Positions 38,067 through 47,669 of a DNA stretch of 64,000 nt are shown piece by piece. Position 1 is the stretch's first letter. Every line of letters begins with the position of its first letter. The stretch is taken from the NCBI GenBank assembly GCA_913043255.1, contig CAJWLK010000011.1:11170-75169 (forward strand). Reading direction: 5' to 3'. The stretch is from an uncultured Gemmatimonadota bacterium. GTDB taxonomy: Bacteria > Gemmatimonadota > Gemmatimonadetes > Palauibacterales > Palauibacteraceae. Under the pieces are notes generated by a model that worked only from the letters and a program-made list of their open reading frames with translations, did not search any database and was not told the origin of the DNA. The position numbers and the translations under genes were made by a program.

Positions 38067-38864
38067 TTAGTTGAGTCTTCGAATCCGGATGTTCCGATAC
38101 CAGACTGGATCGCCATGGTCCTGGAGCCCGATGTGCCCCTCGTGGTGTATTCCGTAGTCGGGCCAGTCAGCAAACTTGCTTTTGGCGACAAGCTGTCTCC
38201 ACTCAGGGGATCCAAGTTTGTACTCGACAACATTCAGGCCGTTCAACCAATATTCGACGTAGTCTCCTTGACGCGTGATGCGCGTTTGATTCCAGTGGCC
38301 AGCCGGCCGTGTAGTATTCACCGATGGCGCGTTCAATCCGTAGTTAGATCCCGCTGACGTTAGTGGGTTTTTCCCATCAGCATGCCCATCGTTATCGAGC
38401 ACCTGCATCTCTGGCCCAGACTCGTATGGTGGTCCGTTGTTTTCGACAATGCCGAAGAAAATTCCGCTATTCCCTGCCGAATTCACCTTCCACTCGAGTC
38501 GAAGATCAAAATCAGTGTAAGTCTCCCGTGTGATAAGGTCACCGCAAACGTAAGGTGGGTCTTGGGGCTCCCCTTCCACATCTGGTGCAAAAGCGATTGT
38601 GCCTCCTGTTGCCGTCCACCCGGCCGGAACTCGATCGCAACCGTACCCTCTCCAACGATGCAATGATGCTCCGTCAAAAAGTAGTTCAAATCCTTCGGCG
38701 GTTTCTTCTTCAGTTAGCTGGTTGGGAGGTGTCATGATGGTCAACGGATCGTGTAACTCGATCTCCGGAGTGTTGTCCGGGTCGCTGCTTGCTCCGGCAC
38801 AACCGAGCACTAGTAGAACGGCGAATAAAGAGAGGGTTGTTTTTGGATTCTCTTTGATCAACAT
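38067..38864 (-). CDS. DUF1080 (3-keto-glycoside hydrolase/hydratase family) lipoprotein
   Basis: Lipobox VLGC; GFELLFDG, FDLRLEWK, GNSGIF, EMQVLD, GHIGLQDHG..VWYRNIRIR. Confidence 0.9.
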   Translation of the reverse strand: MLIKENPKTTLSLFAVLLVLGCAGASSDPDNTPEIELHDPLTIMTPPNQLTEEETAEGFELLFDGASLHRWRGYGCDRVPAGWTATGGTIAFAPDVEGEPQDPPYVCGDLITRETYTDFDLRLEWKVNSAGNSGIFFGIVENNGPPYESGPEMQVLDNDGHADGKNPLTSAGSNYGLNAPSVNTTRPAGHWNQTRITRQGDYVEYWLNGLNVVEYKLGSPEWRQLVAKSKFADWPDYGIHHEGHIGLQDHGDPVWYRNIRIRRLN

Positions 38865-38914
38865 CCAAGGCTCCGCCTGCAGAGTGAAGTGGGCGTGTAT
38901 GAGCTAAGATACCG

Positions 38915-40153
38915 CTACCGACGACCTCCGGCGATCCGTTGTGACTCGGGTCTTCTCCGTAGGGCAAGCATGCTCCACGTGCCGACCGCAGGTCCTATTA
39001 CGAGCGGGGCAAAAGCCCACTCCCACCCCCAGGCTGACTCCCATACGGGGAGAAGCCGAATCGTCACAACCGTGATAAGGAAACCGACTGCGGTTTGAAG
39101 TGTCAGGGCGGTGCCTACGTATTCGGGTTCCCCGAGTTCGCTGATGCACGTTGAGAACTGTGCGGAGTCAGCAACCACGGCAAATCCCCATATGAGACAA
39201 ACAACCACGACTAGCCACGTAGGTCCGCCAAACAAAAAACCAATCATAATGCAACATGCACCGCTCACGATCATACTTACGATGGTTATCAGAGTTCTCC
39301 CAATTCGGTCGGCAAGCACTCCAGCTGCGGTTGAACCGAGTCCTCCTATGGCAATGGTTAAAAACGCCAGATAGGAGGCCGTTTCCTGGGTCGTTGCCGC
39401 ACTTTGATCAGCAGCGAAACTGGCGGCCAGAAAGGCGGGCACCCAGGTCCAAACGGCATACAGCTCCCACATGTGCCCGAAGTAGCCGCCGTTGGCGAGC
39501 ATGGTCGCCCGGTCCCCAAGGATCCGGCGCACTGCACGTGGATCGAATGCTGCGGCCGGCGTTTGGTGTGGACCCGTGCGCAGTCCCAGTCTCGCAATCG
39601 TGGCTCCGATCAGAGCTAGCACCGCAGCCGCATAGAGGAGCATCTGCCACGAACCTGCCACACCCAGAGGCCGGAGGACGTGGGGCGTGGCACTCCCAAT
39701 CGCAAGCGCCCCGATCATCACTCCCATTGCCATCCCGCGACCGTCCTTAAACCATCCGGCCATGATCTTCATTCCGGGCGGATAGACGCCGGCTAGGGCG
39801 AGGCCGGTCACGAACCGTAAGGGAACAGCTAGTGCCATTCCATCTGCGAATGCAGGGATCGCGGCAGTAGCAGTTGCTCCCAGTACTGCTGAACCAGCAA
39901 TTAATCGTCGTGGATCCCACACATCAGAAAGTGTCAGTGCGGCCGAAATAAAGGCGCCGGTAACGAATCCAATTTGAACTGACATCGTAAGCCATGCGGC
40001 ATCGCTGTCAGTCAATTCCCAGACGTCACGCAGTTCAGGAACAACTGCACTTGCCGAAAACCAGAGAGCCATGGTGAAAAGCTCTGCCGTGGCTAACAAC
40101 GCGAGTTGTTGATACCTGTTCTCAGAATCAGAAGGTGACGGCGCGGTATTCAT
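38915..40153 (-). CDS. MFS transporter
   Basis: About 12 TM helices; LWFSASAV, GVYPPGMK, GHMWELYA, ADSAQFS. Confidence 0.88.
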   Translation of the reverse strand: MNTAPSPSDSENRYQQLALLATAELFTMALWFSASAVVPELRDVWELTDSDAAWLTMSVQIGFVTGAFISAALTLSDVWDPRRLIAGSAVLGATATAAIPAFADGMALAVPLRFVTGLALAGVYPPGMKIMAGWFKDGRGMAMGVMIGALAIGSATPHVLRPLGVAGSWQMLLYAAAVLALIGATIARLGLRTGPHQTPAAAFDPRAVRRILGDRATMLANGGYFGHMWELYAVWTWVPAFLAASFAADQSAATTQETASYLAFLTIAIGGLGSTAAGVLADRIGRTLITIVSMIVSGACCIMIGFLFGGPTWLVVVVCLIWGFAVVADSAQFSTCISELGEPEYVGTALTLQTAVGFLITVVTIRLLPVWESAWGWEWAFAPLVIGPAVGTWSMLALRRRPESQRIAGGRR

Positions 40154-40231
40154 GAGGTCAGAGCAATATAGTTAGATTCGCCGTATCCAGAAGCGAATTA
40201 GGCTTTGCGGTAGAACTGATGTGGAAACTGA

Positions 40232-42217
40232 CTATCCTTCGCTATTTGCATACTGTTCTTGGAGCCCTTGGACGACGGCTGGGTCAGCCAGCGTCGTTGT
40301 GTCCCCCAGTGCACGACCCTCGGCTACGTCTCGGAGTAAACGCCGCATGATCTTTCCACTTCTGGTCTTTGGTAGTTCGGCTGCGAAGATAAGATCAGCT
40401 GGCTTAGCAATGGCGCCAATTTGCTTGGTCACGTGGTCACGCAACTCCTCGCGCAGTTGATCCGATGTGTCCGTCCCATCAATCACGCTCACGAACGCGG
40501 AAACGGCCTGCCCTTTGATTTCGTCATTTCGTCCAACCACTGCAGCTTCGGCTACCGCTTCGTGGTCAACGAGTGCGGACTCGACCTCCATGGTCCCAAT
40601 CCGATGTCCTGCCACGTTCAAAACGTCATCGACGCGGCCCATGATCCAGATGTAGCCATCTTCATCAACGCGAGCCCCATCTCCTGGGAAGTAAATGTCA
40701 GGCCACTTGGACCAGTACGTATCTCGGTAGCGCTGCTCGTCACCCCAAATACCGCGTAACATCGATGGCCACGGTGACGTGATGGCAAGATATCCGCTCT
40801 CGGCAGAGTTTCCTTCTTCGTCAAGGATTGTTGCCTCAATGCCGGGGAACGGTACTGTTGCTGTTCCGGGTTTCGTCGTGATTACACCAGGAAGCGGGGT
40901 GATCATTATCCCGCCGGTTTCAGTTTGCCACCATGTGTCTACGATTGGGCAGTCACCACCCCCAATATGTTGATTATACCAGATCCAAGCTTCTGGATTG
41001 ATGGGCTCTCCTACTGTTCCGAGTAGCCGGATCTTTGACAGGTCATACTTGGCGGGCCACTTGTCACCCCACTTCATGAATGCTCGAATGGCAGTCGGTG
41101 CTGTGTAGAAGATCGTGACGTTGTAGTTGTCGCAAATGTTCCAGAAACGACCACGGTCAGGCCAATTCGGCGCTCCTTCGTACATGAGTATGGTTGCGCC
41201 GTTGGCTAACGGTCCGTACACGATATAGGAATGTCCGGTTACCCATCCTACATCTGCAGTACACCAATAGACGTCATCTTCTTTGAGGTCGAATACCCAC
41301 TCGCAGGTTGCACTGACTTGAGTCAGGTATCCTCCGGTTGTGTGCATGACGCCCTTGGGCTTTCCCGTGGTCCCCGAAGTATAGAGGATGTACAGCAGGT
41401 CCTCGGAATCCATGATTTCGGCTGGGCAGTTTTCTGAGGCCTGGTCAATGAGGTCATGATACCAATGATCTCGCTCAACTCTCATATTGCAGGTCGGAAT
41501 TTCGACTAAGGCCCCATGGGTCGCATTTTTTGGATTAGATGCCGCCGTTCGCTGTACGACGACGACTTTTGTCACATAATCCAACCCCTCAATCGCAGCG
41601 TCAGTGTTTTGCTTTAGTGGTACAATTTCACCTCGCCGGTATCCGCCGTCGGCCGTTATCACGCACTTTGCATTGGCGTCCTCAATCCGATCGCGTAGTG
41701 ACTGTGGCGAAAATCCGCCGAATACAACCGAGTGAGGGGCACCTAGCCGCGCACAAGCGAGCATGGCGATCGCTGCTTCCGGGATCATGGGGAGGTAGAT
41801 CGCTACTCTGTCGCCCTTCTCAACCCCGAGTCCCTTGAGCGCGTTTGCGAACTTGCAGACCTCTGTATGGAGTTGGCGGTAAGTAAACGATCGGACGTCC
41901 CCTGGCTCACCTTCCCACAGTAGTGCCGTCTTGGATCCTCGCGTTTCAAGGTGGCGATCTAGGCAGTTGTGGGCGGCGTTCAACTTCCCACCTACGAACC
42001 ATTTCGAGAATGGCGAATCCCATGTCAGCACCTCGTCCCATGGCTCAAACCAATCAAGTTTCTGTGCCAAGCGCTCCCAATAGGATTGTCGGTCTAGGGT
42101 GGCTGTTTCATAGGGCGACTGGTCGTTCACGTGTGCAGTCGTCGCAAATTCGGCAGTTGGCGCGAAGGTGCGTTTTTCATCGAGGAGGACGTCAATTTCT
42201 CGGTGCGGTTCTGTCAT
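40232..42217 (-). CDS. acs: Acetyl-CoA synthetase
   Basis: [53 protein letters not shown]. Confidence 0.95.
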   Translation of the reverse strand: MTEPHREIDVLLDEKRTFAPTAEFATTAHVNDQSPYETATLDRQSYWERLAQKLDWFEPWDEVLTWDSPFSKWFVGGKLNAAHNCLDRHLETRGSKTALLWEGEPGDVRSFTYRQLHTEVCKFANALKGLGVEKGDRVAIYLPMIPEAAIAMLACARLGAPHSVVFGGFSPQSLRDRIEDANAKCVITADGGYRRGEIVPLKQNTDAAIEGLDYVTKVVVVQRTAASNPKNATHGALVEIPTCNMRVERDHWYHDLIDQASENCPAEIMDSEDLLYILYTSGTTGKPKGVMHTTGGYLTQVSATCEWVFDLKEDDVYWCTADVGWVTGHSYIVYGPLANGATILMYEGAPNWPDRGRFWNICDNYNVTIFYTAPTAIRAFMKWGDKWPAKYDLSKIRLLGTVGEPINPEAWIWYNQHIGGGDCPIVDTWWQTETGGIMITPLPGVITTKPGTATVPFPGIEATILDEEGNSAESGYLAITSPWPSMLRGIWGDEQRYRDTYWSKWPDIYFPGDGARVDEDGYIWIMGRVDDVLNVAGHRIGTMEVESALVDHEAVAEAAVVGRNDEIKGQAVSAFVSVIDGTDTSDQLREELRDHVTKQIGAIAKPADLIFAAELPKTRSGKIMRRLLRDVAEGRALGDTTTLADPAVVQGLQEQYANSEG

Positions 42218-42395
42218 AGGTTATCGCTCAAAATCATACAAGGGAGTGAAGCAGTGGCTTGTCAGAGTTCCACCAGGGTCGCCATTTAGCGGTTCGTGAG
42301 AGTTTAACATTAGAAGACGTGCGCAGACGAACGCAAGCAGTCCGCATGCGTCGAAGAGAACCGACTGTGGAAGGTATACAGACCTTAGTATTATG

Positions 42396-42414
42396 GTTCA
42401 TGATCGTTATGAAC
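42396..42414. promoter_or_regulatory. Imperfect palindrome, candidate operator
   Basis: GTTCATGA-TCG-TTATGAAC (8-3-8, one mismatch) in the divergent acs / CDF-operon intergenic region. Confidence 0.3.
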
Positions 42415-42444
42415 TGATCGGTTGTCGATAAAGATGGGAGATAG

Positions 42445-42714
42445 ATGAGCGACGGGACCCTCCTTCTGATTCTTGTTGTCCCTGCATTTCTAGCCTTCGC
42501 GTTTGGCATTTGGGCCGGGCTCGGGTATCCGGGCATGTACGACAAAGACGCCAAGACTGGGAAAGCCCCCCGTGAGTCACCGCTCACGTGGCTGTTGCGT
42601 GGTGGTCGGCGACCGCTCACCAGCGAGATGAAAGATGAGGAAGACGAAGAGGACTTGGAAGTTCAGGATTCGAATCGGCTTAGTTTTGATCGTGGAAGAC
42701 GCTTCCGGCGGTGA
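42445..42714 (+). CDS. Small hypothetical membrane protein
   Basis: GGGAG RBS; N-terminal TM helix; acidic then basic tail; 15 nt upstream of the CDF gene. Confidence 0.6.
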   Translation: MSDGTLLLILVVPAFLAFAFGIWAGLGYPGMYDKDAKTGKAPRESPLTWLLRGGRRPLTSEMKDEEDEEDLEVQDSNRLSFDRGRRFRR

Positions 42715-42729
42715 ACATTCACAAACAAC

Positions 42730-43638
42730 ATGAGCCCTAATCTCCCCGAGTGGCCTCTGACTGCTGAACGCCACCGTGAAGTACGTCGCGTTTTGGTATG
42801 GGTACTGATCGCGAATCTACTAGTGATTGTTGCCAAGCTATTTGTGGGACTTCGCTCTGGCTCTATTGCGGTTTTCGGAGATGCCGCACACTCGGGAATT
42901 GATGCAGTCAATAACCTCGTCGGGCTTTTTGCAATGCGATTGGTTGCGGCACCCCCGGATGAGCAACATCCCTACGGACACGGGAAATTTGAAACGCTCG
43001 CAGCACTAGGAGTAGCTGGATTCTTGTCGGTCACCTGTTTCGAACTAATCCAGGGAGCAATTACTAGGCTAGTGCAGGGTGGAAGTGCTCCGAGCATCGA
43101 CCCGCTAATGATCACAGTGCTCGCCGGGGCAATGTTAGTGAACGGGGTTGTTGCTATAGGAGAGGCAAAAGCGGGACGGCGGCTATCAAGTGAAATTCTC
43201 TCGGCTGACGCTCGACACACCGCTTCCGACGTGTTCGTAACGGCTGGAGTGCTAGCAGGTCTCGTCGTGACCATGATATTTGAATGGGCCTGGGCGGATG
43301 CAATTCTAGCGTTACTTGTGGCGCTTGTGGTTGCTTGGTCGGGCTTTCAGATCCTTCGTGAAACGATCCCAGTCCTCGTTGACGAGCGCGCACTAGATCC
43401 CGTCGAAATCGAAAAGGTTGCCGGATCAATCAAAGGTGTTAAGGCGACAAGTCAAATCCGATCCCGGGGGAGACTAGGGGCTGGTTTCGCTGAACTGACC
43501 ATTCACGTAGGTCGAGAAGAGTCGGTGATCAGTGCACATGATATTGCTGATTCTGTTGAAAAACGGATTGCTATGGAAATGGGGTTTTCAAATGTGACGG
43601 TGCATGTGGAGCCGGAACTCGAACCGTTTAAATTTTAG
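42730..43638 (+). CDS. Cation diffusion facilitator (FieF/CzcD family)
   Basis: DAAHSGID, PPDEQHPYGHGKFE, DARHTASD, AHDIAD, VHVEP. Confidence 0.92.
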   Translation: MSPNLPEWPLTAERHREVRRVLVWVLIANLLVIVAKLFVGLRSGSIAVFGDAAHSGIDAVNNLVGLFAMRLVAAPPDEQHPYGHGKFETLAALGVAGFLSVTCFELIQGAITRLVQGGSAPSIDPLMITVLAGAMLVNGVVAIGEAKAGRRLSSEILSADARHTASDVFVTAGVLAGLVVTMIFEWAWADAILALLVALVVAWSGFQILRETIPVLVDERALDPVEIEKVAGSIKGVKATSQIRSRGRLGAGFAELTIHVGREESVISAHDIADSVEKRIAMEMGFSNVTVHVEPELEPFKF

Positions 43639-43664
43639 ATCCATTAAACAGTGACACCCCCAAT

Positions 43665-44330
43665 CTATTCTGCTGTGACGGCGTTCTTGTTTTTGCTGGG
43701 TGGGATTGATTCGAAAGACCACTCGCAATGATCCCCGAGGCGGGCTTCACAAGTTGTATGCTTAACCTTTGAGTCTCCCGCTCGATAGTCCGCAAAGACC
43801 TGTCGAATCATACCATTAATAACGGAGCACCCTGTACCGCCTTCGGCTGCAGTCGCTGAAAGGCTGTGTTGAACTATTAGCGTGTGTACCTTTCGTTCAA
43901 TCCTTATAGTGGCGCCCGGACTGATCCTTCGAGTGACTCTTCGGACTCTATTCCATGCGAGATAAGACCGAATACGCTGGGGCGTGATTCTCACAATTAG
44001 TTTGGATAACAGGTGACGTCCAGAGTAATCTTCTAGTGCAATACGCTGGCCAGCATCCTCGAAAATTTGACTGGCATCAACTCGACGGCCTATGAGTTCA
44101 AATAAGCTTGCTACTTCGGTCGCACTAACGTTGCTCTTGCGCTGTTCGTAACGACGGATTTGATCGATAACGACTGTGGATAGACCTAATCGCCGTCGCA
44201 AGTTGAGCGGAAGATCTGATTCTGCAAGCGCTTCTGGGTCGGCAGGTGTGTCAAGTTCGCGGAGCGATGCTAGGAGAGCGACGGCAACGCCCACAGGGAC
44301 ACTTCCCGAGAACGAGGTGTGCTCTGACAT
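43665..44330 (-). CDS. V4R-domain (BchJ-like) hypothetical protein
   Basis: Probable start ATG 44330; C-terminal GC...H..CEARLGDHCEW pattern typical of V4R domains. Confidence 0.6.
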   Translation of the reverse strand: MSEHTSFSGSVPVGVAVALLASLRELDTPADPEALAESDLPLNLRRRLGLSTVVIDQIRRYEQRKSNVSATEVASLFELIGRRVDASQIFEDAGQRIALEDYSGRHLLSKLIVRITPQRIRSYLAWNRVRRVTRRISPGATIRIERKVHTLIVQHSLSATAAEGGTGCSVINGMIRQVFADYRAGDSKVKHTTCEARLGDHCEWSFESIPPSKNKNAVTAE

Positions 44331-44595
44331 AGGCGGGCACGGTATGGCGAATGCCGTGGGAGAGCAAGCAATGTGCCCAATAAACTGACATAAGTGGTCG
44401 AACAAGGCGATTTTGCTTTCATCCCACCATAAACTCACCCTTGCATTGCTTTGGCTCGAGTAAGATCCTCCACAGTAGCATGATAGTAGAGATAGCGGTC
44501 CTCATTATAGGGCTACAGTATGTGAACGGTTCCCCCCTACAGGATAAAACCAGAGAAGGGGGCAAGTCTCGGTTAAGCCACAACCAGGAGGCGCA

Positions 44596-45006
44596 GTGAA
44601 GGCACCCGACGGATGTAAGAGTACAACACATGCAGCACTTCGGATTGTCACCGGACTCATGTTTTGGCAGCATGGCGCACAAAAACTGTTTGGGTGGCTA
44701 GGTGGGACGGGGGTAGGTGGGTTCACAGGTTGGTTCACGTGGCCCGTGGGGATTGCTGGAATTTTAGAATTCTTCGGAGGCATCTTGATTTTGATCGGGT
44801 TCAAGACTCGCTCCGTGGCCTTCATCCTCGCCGGGCAAATGGCAGTAGCCTTTTGGTGGCGTCACTTTCCTGATGGATTTTGGCCGATTCAGAATCGTGG
44901 AGAGGCATCCGTTCTTTTCTGTTTCCTATTTCTTTTCCTATGGACGGCTGGAGCAGGGAAGTGGAGCCTCGACGACATGATGGATCGAGGATCTAGTACA
45001 GAGTAA
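44596..45006 (+). CDS. DoxX-family membrane protein
   Basis: LRIVTGL.F.QHGAQKLFG, AGILEFFGG, GQMAVAF, GAGKWSLD; GGAGG RBS. Confidence 0.9.
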   Translation: MKAPDGCKSTTHAALRIVTGLMFWQHGAQKLFGWLGGTGVGGFTGWFTWPVGIAGILEFFGGILILIGFKTRSVAFILAGQMAVAFWWRHFPDGFWPIQNRGEASVLFCFLFLFLWTAGAGKWSLDDMMDRGSSTE

Positions 45007-45175
45007 CAATCGCGAACACCGATAGGATTTAGCCGAGCTTGCCGCTCGGCCCTACCCTTATTGGTTACCCGGGCCGACTCTTTAAGTTGTTTCGGTCGAA
45101 AGCTGTCGCCATCTTCTCGGAAGCGGCGGGACCCATGGGGCCCCGCCGCCTCGCGTATACGCCTGGGGCCGATTA

Positions 45176-47662
45176 ATGACGGAATACACGACTTACGACC
45201 CAAGTAAGGTCGAAAAGAAGTGGCAAACATTTTGGGAGGAGAACGGGACGAACGAGCCCGACTTGGACGCATCTGAGCGCCCGTTCTTCAATCTAATGAT
45301 GTATCCGTACCCGTCCGCCGAAGGTTTGCACGTGGGGAACCTGTACGCTTTTACAGGAGCGGACATCTATGGACGGTTCCGTCGGCTTCAAGGCGACGAT
45401 GTGTTTGAGCCGATCGGATATGATGCATTTGGGATCCATTCCGAAAATTATGCGCTCAAGGTCGATACGCATCCGTTGGAACTCATCCCATCTAACATTG
45501 CAAATTTTGAGCGGATGCTCCGGGCAGCAGGTCTAATGACCGATTGGTCTCGTACCGTTGATACGACTGATCCTACTTATTATAAGTGGACGCAGTGGTT
45601 ATTTGTGCAGTTATTCAAGGCGGGGTTAGCCGAAAAAAAAGAAGCTCCCGTCAACTGGTGCCCGTCCTGCCAGACTGTACTGGCAAATGAGCAAGTGATT
45701 GGCGGTCTTTGTGAACGGTGTGACACGCCGGTCGAACAACAGCAGTTGAGCCAATGGTTTTTTAAGATCACAGACTATGCTCAACGCCTGCTAGACAACC
45801 TGGATTGGATCGACTGGTCTGAGACCACCAAGACTGCCCAGAGAAACTGGATTGGGCGATCCGAAGGGGCTCAGATCCGGTTTCCACTAAGAGCTGAATC
45901 CGAAGAAGACGAGATCGTGATTGAGGCATTCACGACGCGACCGGACACGATTTTCGGCGCTACGTTTATGGTACTGGCCCCTGAACACCCGCTCGTTCCG
46001 CTAATCGTCACCGATAGCCACCGCGCCGAAGTTAAGGCGTACTGTGAAACCACTGCAACGATTGATCTTGTCAAACGTCAGAAGATGGACGACCAGAAGA
46101 AGACTGGAGTGTTTACCGGAGCGTATGCGCGCAATCCGGCTAGCAACGAAGACATGCCGGTTTGGATTGCTGACTACGTTCTCATGGGATACGGGACGGG
46201 CGCAATCATGGCCGTTCCCGGCCATGACCAGCGCGATTTTGAATTTGCGATGGAGTATGATTTGCGCATTGCTCCGGTTGTGTGTTCACAAGCTATGCTA
46301 TCTGACAGTAGTGATCCGGCAAGCGTCGAACTGAGTTTGACCGAAGGGGCGTTTGTCGATTGTACCTCTGAAGAAATCCTCATCAATTCTGATCGTTTCA
46401 GTGGACTGAAAGCCGATGAGGGTGGGCGAGCCATAGTAGACTGGTTGGCCGAGTCGGGGTTTGCGCAGTCCGAGGTCAATTTTCGACTTCATGATTGGTG
46501 TATCTCGAGACAGCGTTACTGGGGACCACCCATTCCCATTATCTACTGTGATGAGTGTGGCCCTCAAGCGGTACCGGAAAAAGATCTTCCAGTCAGGCTG
46601 CCGTACGTCGAAGATTTCCGTCCTACAGCAACGGGTGTGAGTCCGCTCGCGCGAGTCCAGGAGTTCTATAGAACGACCTGTCCTGAGTGTGGTGGCGAAG
46701 CGCATCGTGAAACCGATGTGTCCGACACCTTCCTGGATTCAGGTTGGTACTTCCTTCGGTACCCTTCGACCGATTTTGATGATCGTCCGTTCGACCCAGC
46801 GCGGACTCGGAAGTGGTGGCCGGTCCACAGCTACATTGGTGGCGAAGAGCACTCGGTGCTCCACCTACTCTACTCGCGCTTCCTGACGATGGTGCTGCAT
46901 GATCTGGGACACTTGGAGTCTGAAGAGCCGTATCACCGTTTTCGGAAGCATGGGCTCTTGATAAGAGAAGGCGCCAAGATCTCAAAATCGCGCGGAAATG
47001 TGATTTTGCCAGACGAATATATGACAACATTCGGGGCGGATACGTTTCGTATGTATCTCATGTTTTTGGGTCCTTTTCAGGCAGGGGGTGATTTTCGCGA
47101 TGGTGGACTAGCTGGACCACAACGCTTCATGCACAAACTCTGGGATAGCGTCGTAAAAGCTGTAACGGCGGGGCGTTCAGGATTTGATGATGAAGAAGTG
47201 GAACGGGCGCTTCATGCCACGATAAAGAAGGTCACCGAAGATCTTGAAGGCCTCGATTATAACACTGCCATTGCCGCTATGATGGACTATCTGAATGTGC
47301 TCCGGGCAGATGGTCGCACTGCTTCCCTCGATGAGGTTCGCCCACTCGTTATCTTGTTGGCACCGGTCGCACCACATATTTCCGAAGAGTTCTGGGCGAG
47401 GCTAGGTGGCGAGTCCAGCATTTTTGATTATGCAGTTTGGCCAGCTTATGACCCGGCCAAACTGCTTACTGACGTGTTGCATCTCCCGGTACAGGTCAAT
47501 GGTAAACTTCGTGCGACGATACAGGTGGTCGTTGGCGCATCTCAGGAGGTAGTGAAGGAGATTGCTTTGACGGAAGAAAACGTAACCCGCCATTTGGCCG
47601 GTGGTGACATTCGGAAGATTATTTTCGTACAGGACCGGATGATCAATTTCGTAGTGGGCTGA
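45176..47662 (+). CDS. leuS: Leucyl-tRNA synthetase
   Basis: MYPYPS..LHVGN (HIGH variant), WIGRSEG, FTTRPDT and GTGAIMAVPGHDQRD editing domain, SRQRYWG, KISKS (KMSKS variant), VQVNGKLR. Confidence 0.96.
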   Translation: MTEYTTYDPSKVEKKWQTFWEENGTNEPDLDASERPFFNLMMYPYPSAEGLHVGNLYAFTGADIYGRFRRLQGDDVFEPIGYDAFGIHSENYALKVDTHPLELIPSNIANFERMLRAAGLMTDWSRTVDTTDPTYYKWTQWLFVQLFKAGLAEKKEAPVNWCPSCQTVLANEQVIGGLCERCDTPVEQQQLSQWFFKITDYAQRLLDNLDWIDWSETTKTAQRNWIGRSEGAQIRFPLRAESEEDEIVIEAFTTRPDTIFGATFMVLAPEHPLVPLIVTDSHRAEVKAYCETTATIDLVKRQKMDDQKKTGVFTGAYARNPASNEDMPVWIADYVLMGYGTGAIMAVPGHDQRDFEFAMEYDLRIAPVVCSQAMLSDSSDPASVELSLTEGAFVDCTSEEILINSDRFSGLKADEGGRAIVDWLAESGFAQSEVNFRLHDWCISRQRYWGPPIPIIYCDECGPQAVPEKDLPVRLPYVEDFRPTATGVSPLARVQEFYRTTCPECGGEAHRETDVSDTFLDSGWYFLRYPSTDFDDRPFDPARTRKWWPVHSYIGGEEHSVLHLLYSRFLTMVLHDLGHLESEEPYHRFRKHGLLIREGAKISKSRGNVILPDEYMTTFGADTFRMYLMFLGPFQAGGDFRDGGLAGPQRFMHKLWDSVVKAVTAGRSGFDDEEVERALHATIKKVTEDLEGLDYNTAIAAMMDYLNVLRADGRTASLDEVRPLVILLAPVAPHISEEFWARLGGESSIFDYAVWPAYDPAKLLTDVLHLPVQVNGKLRATIQVVVGASQEVVKEIALTEENVTRHLAGGDIRKIIFVQDRMINFVVG

Positions 47663-47669
47663 TTTAGTT

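Noticed and set aside
45007..45175. T-box riboswitch or SRP RNA upstream of leuS
   Set aside because: No T-box consensus and no SRP domain IV motif on either strand.
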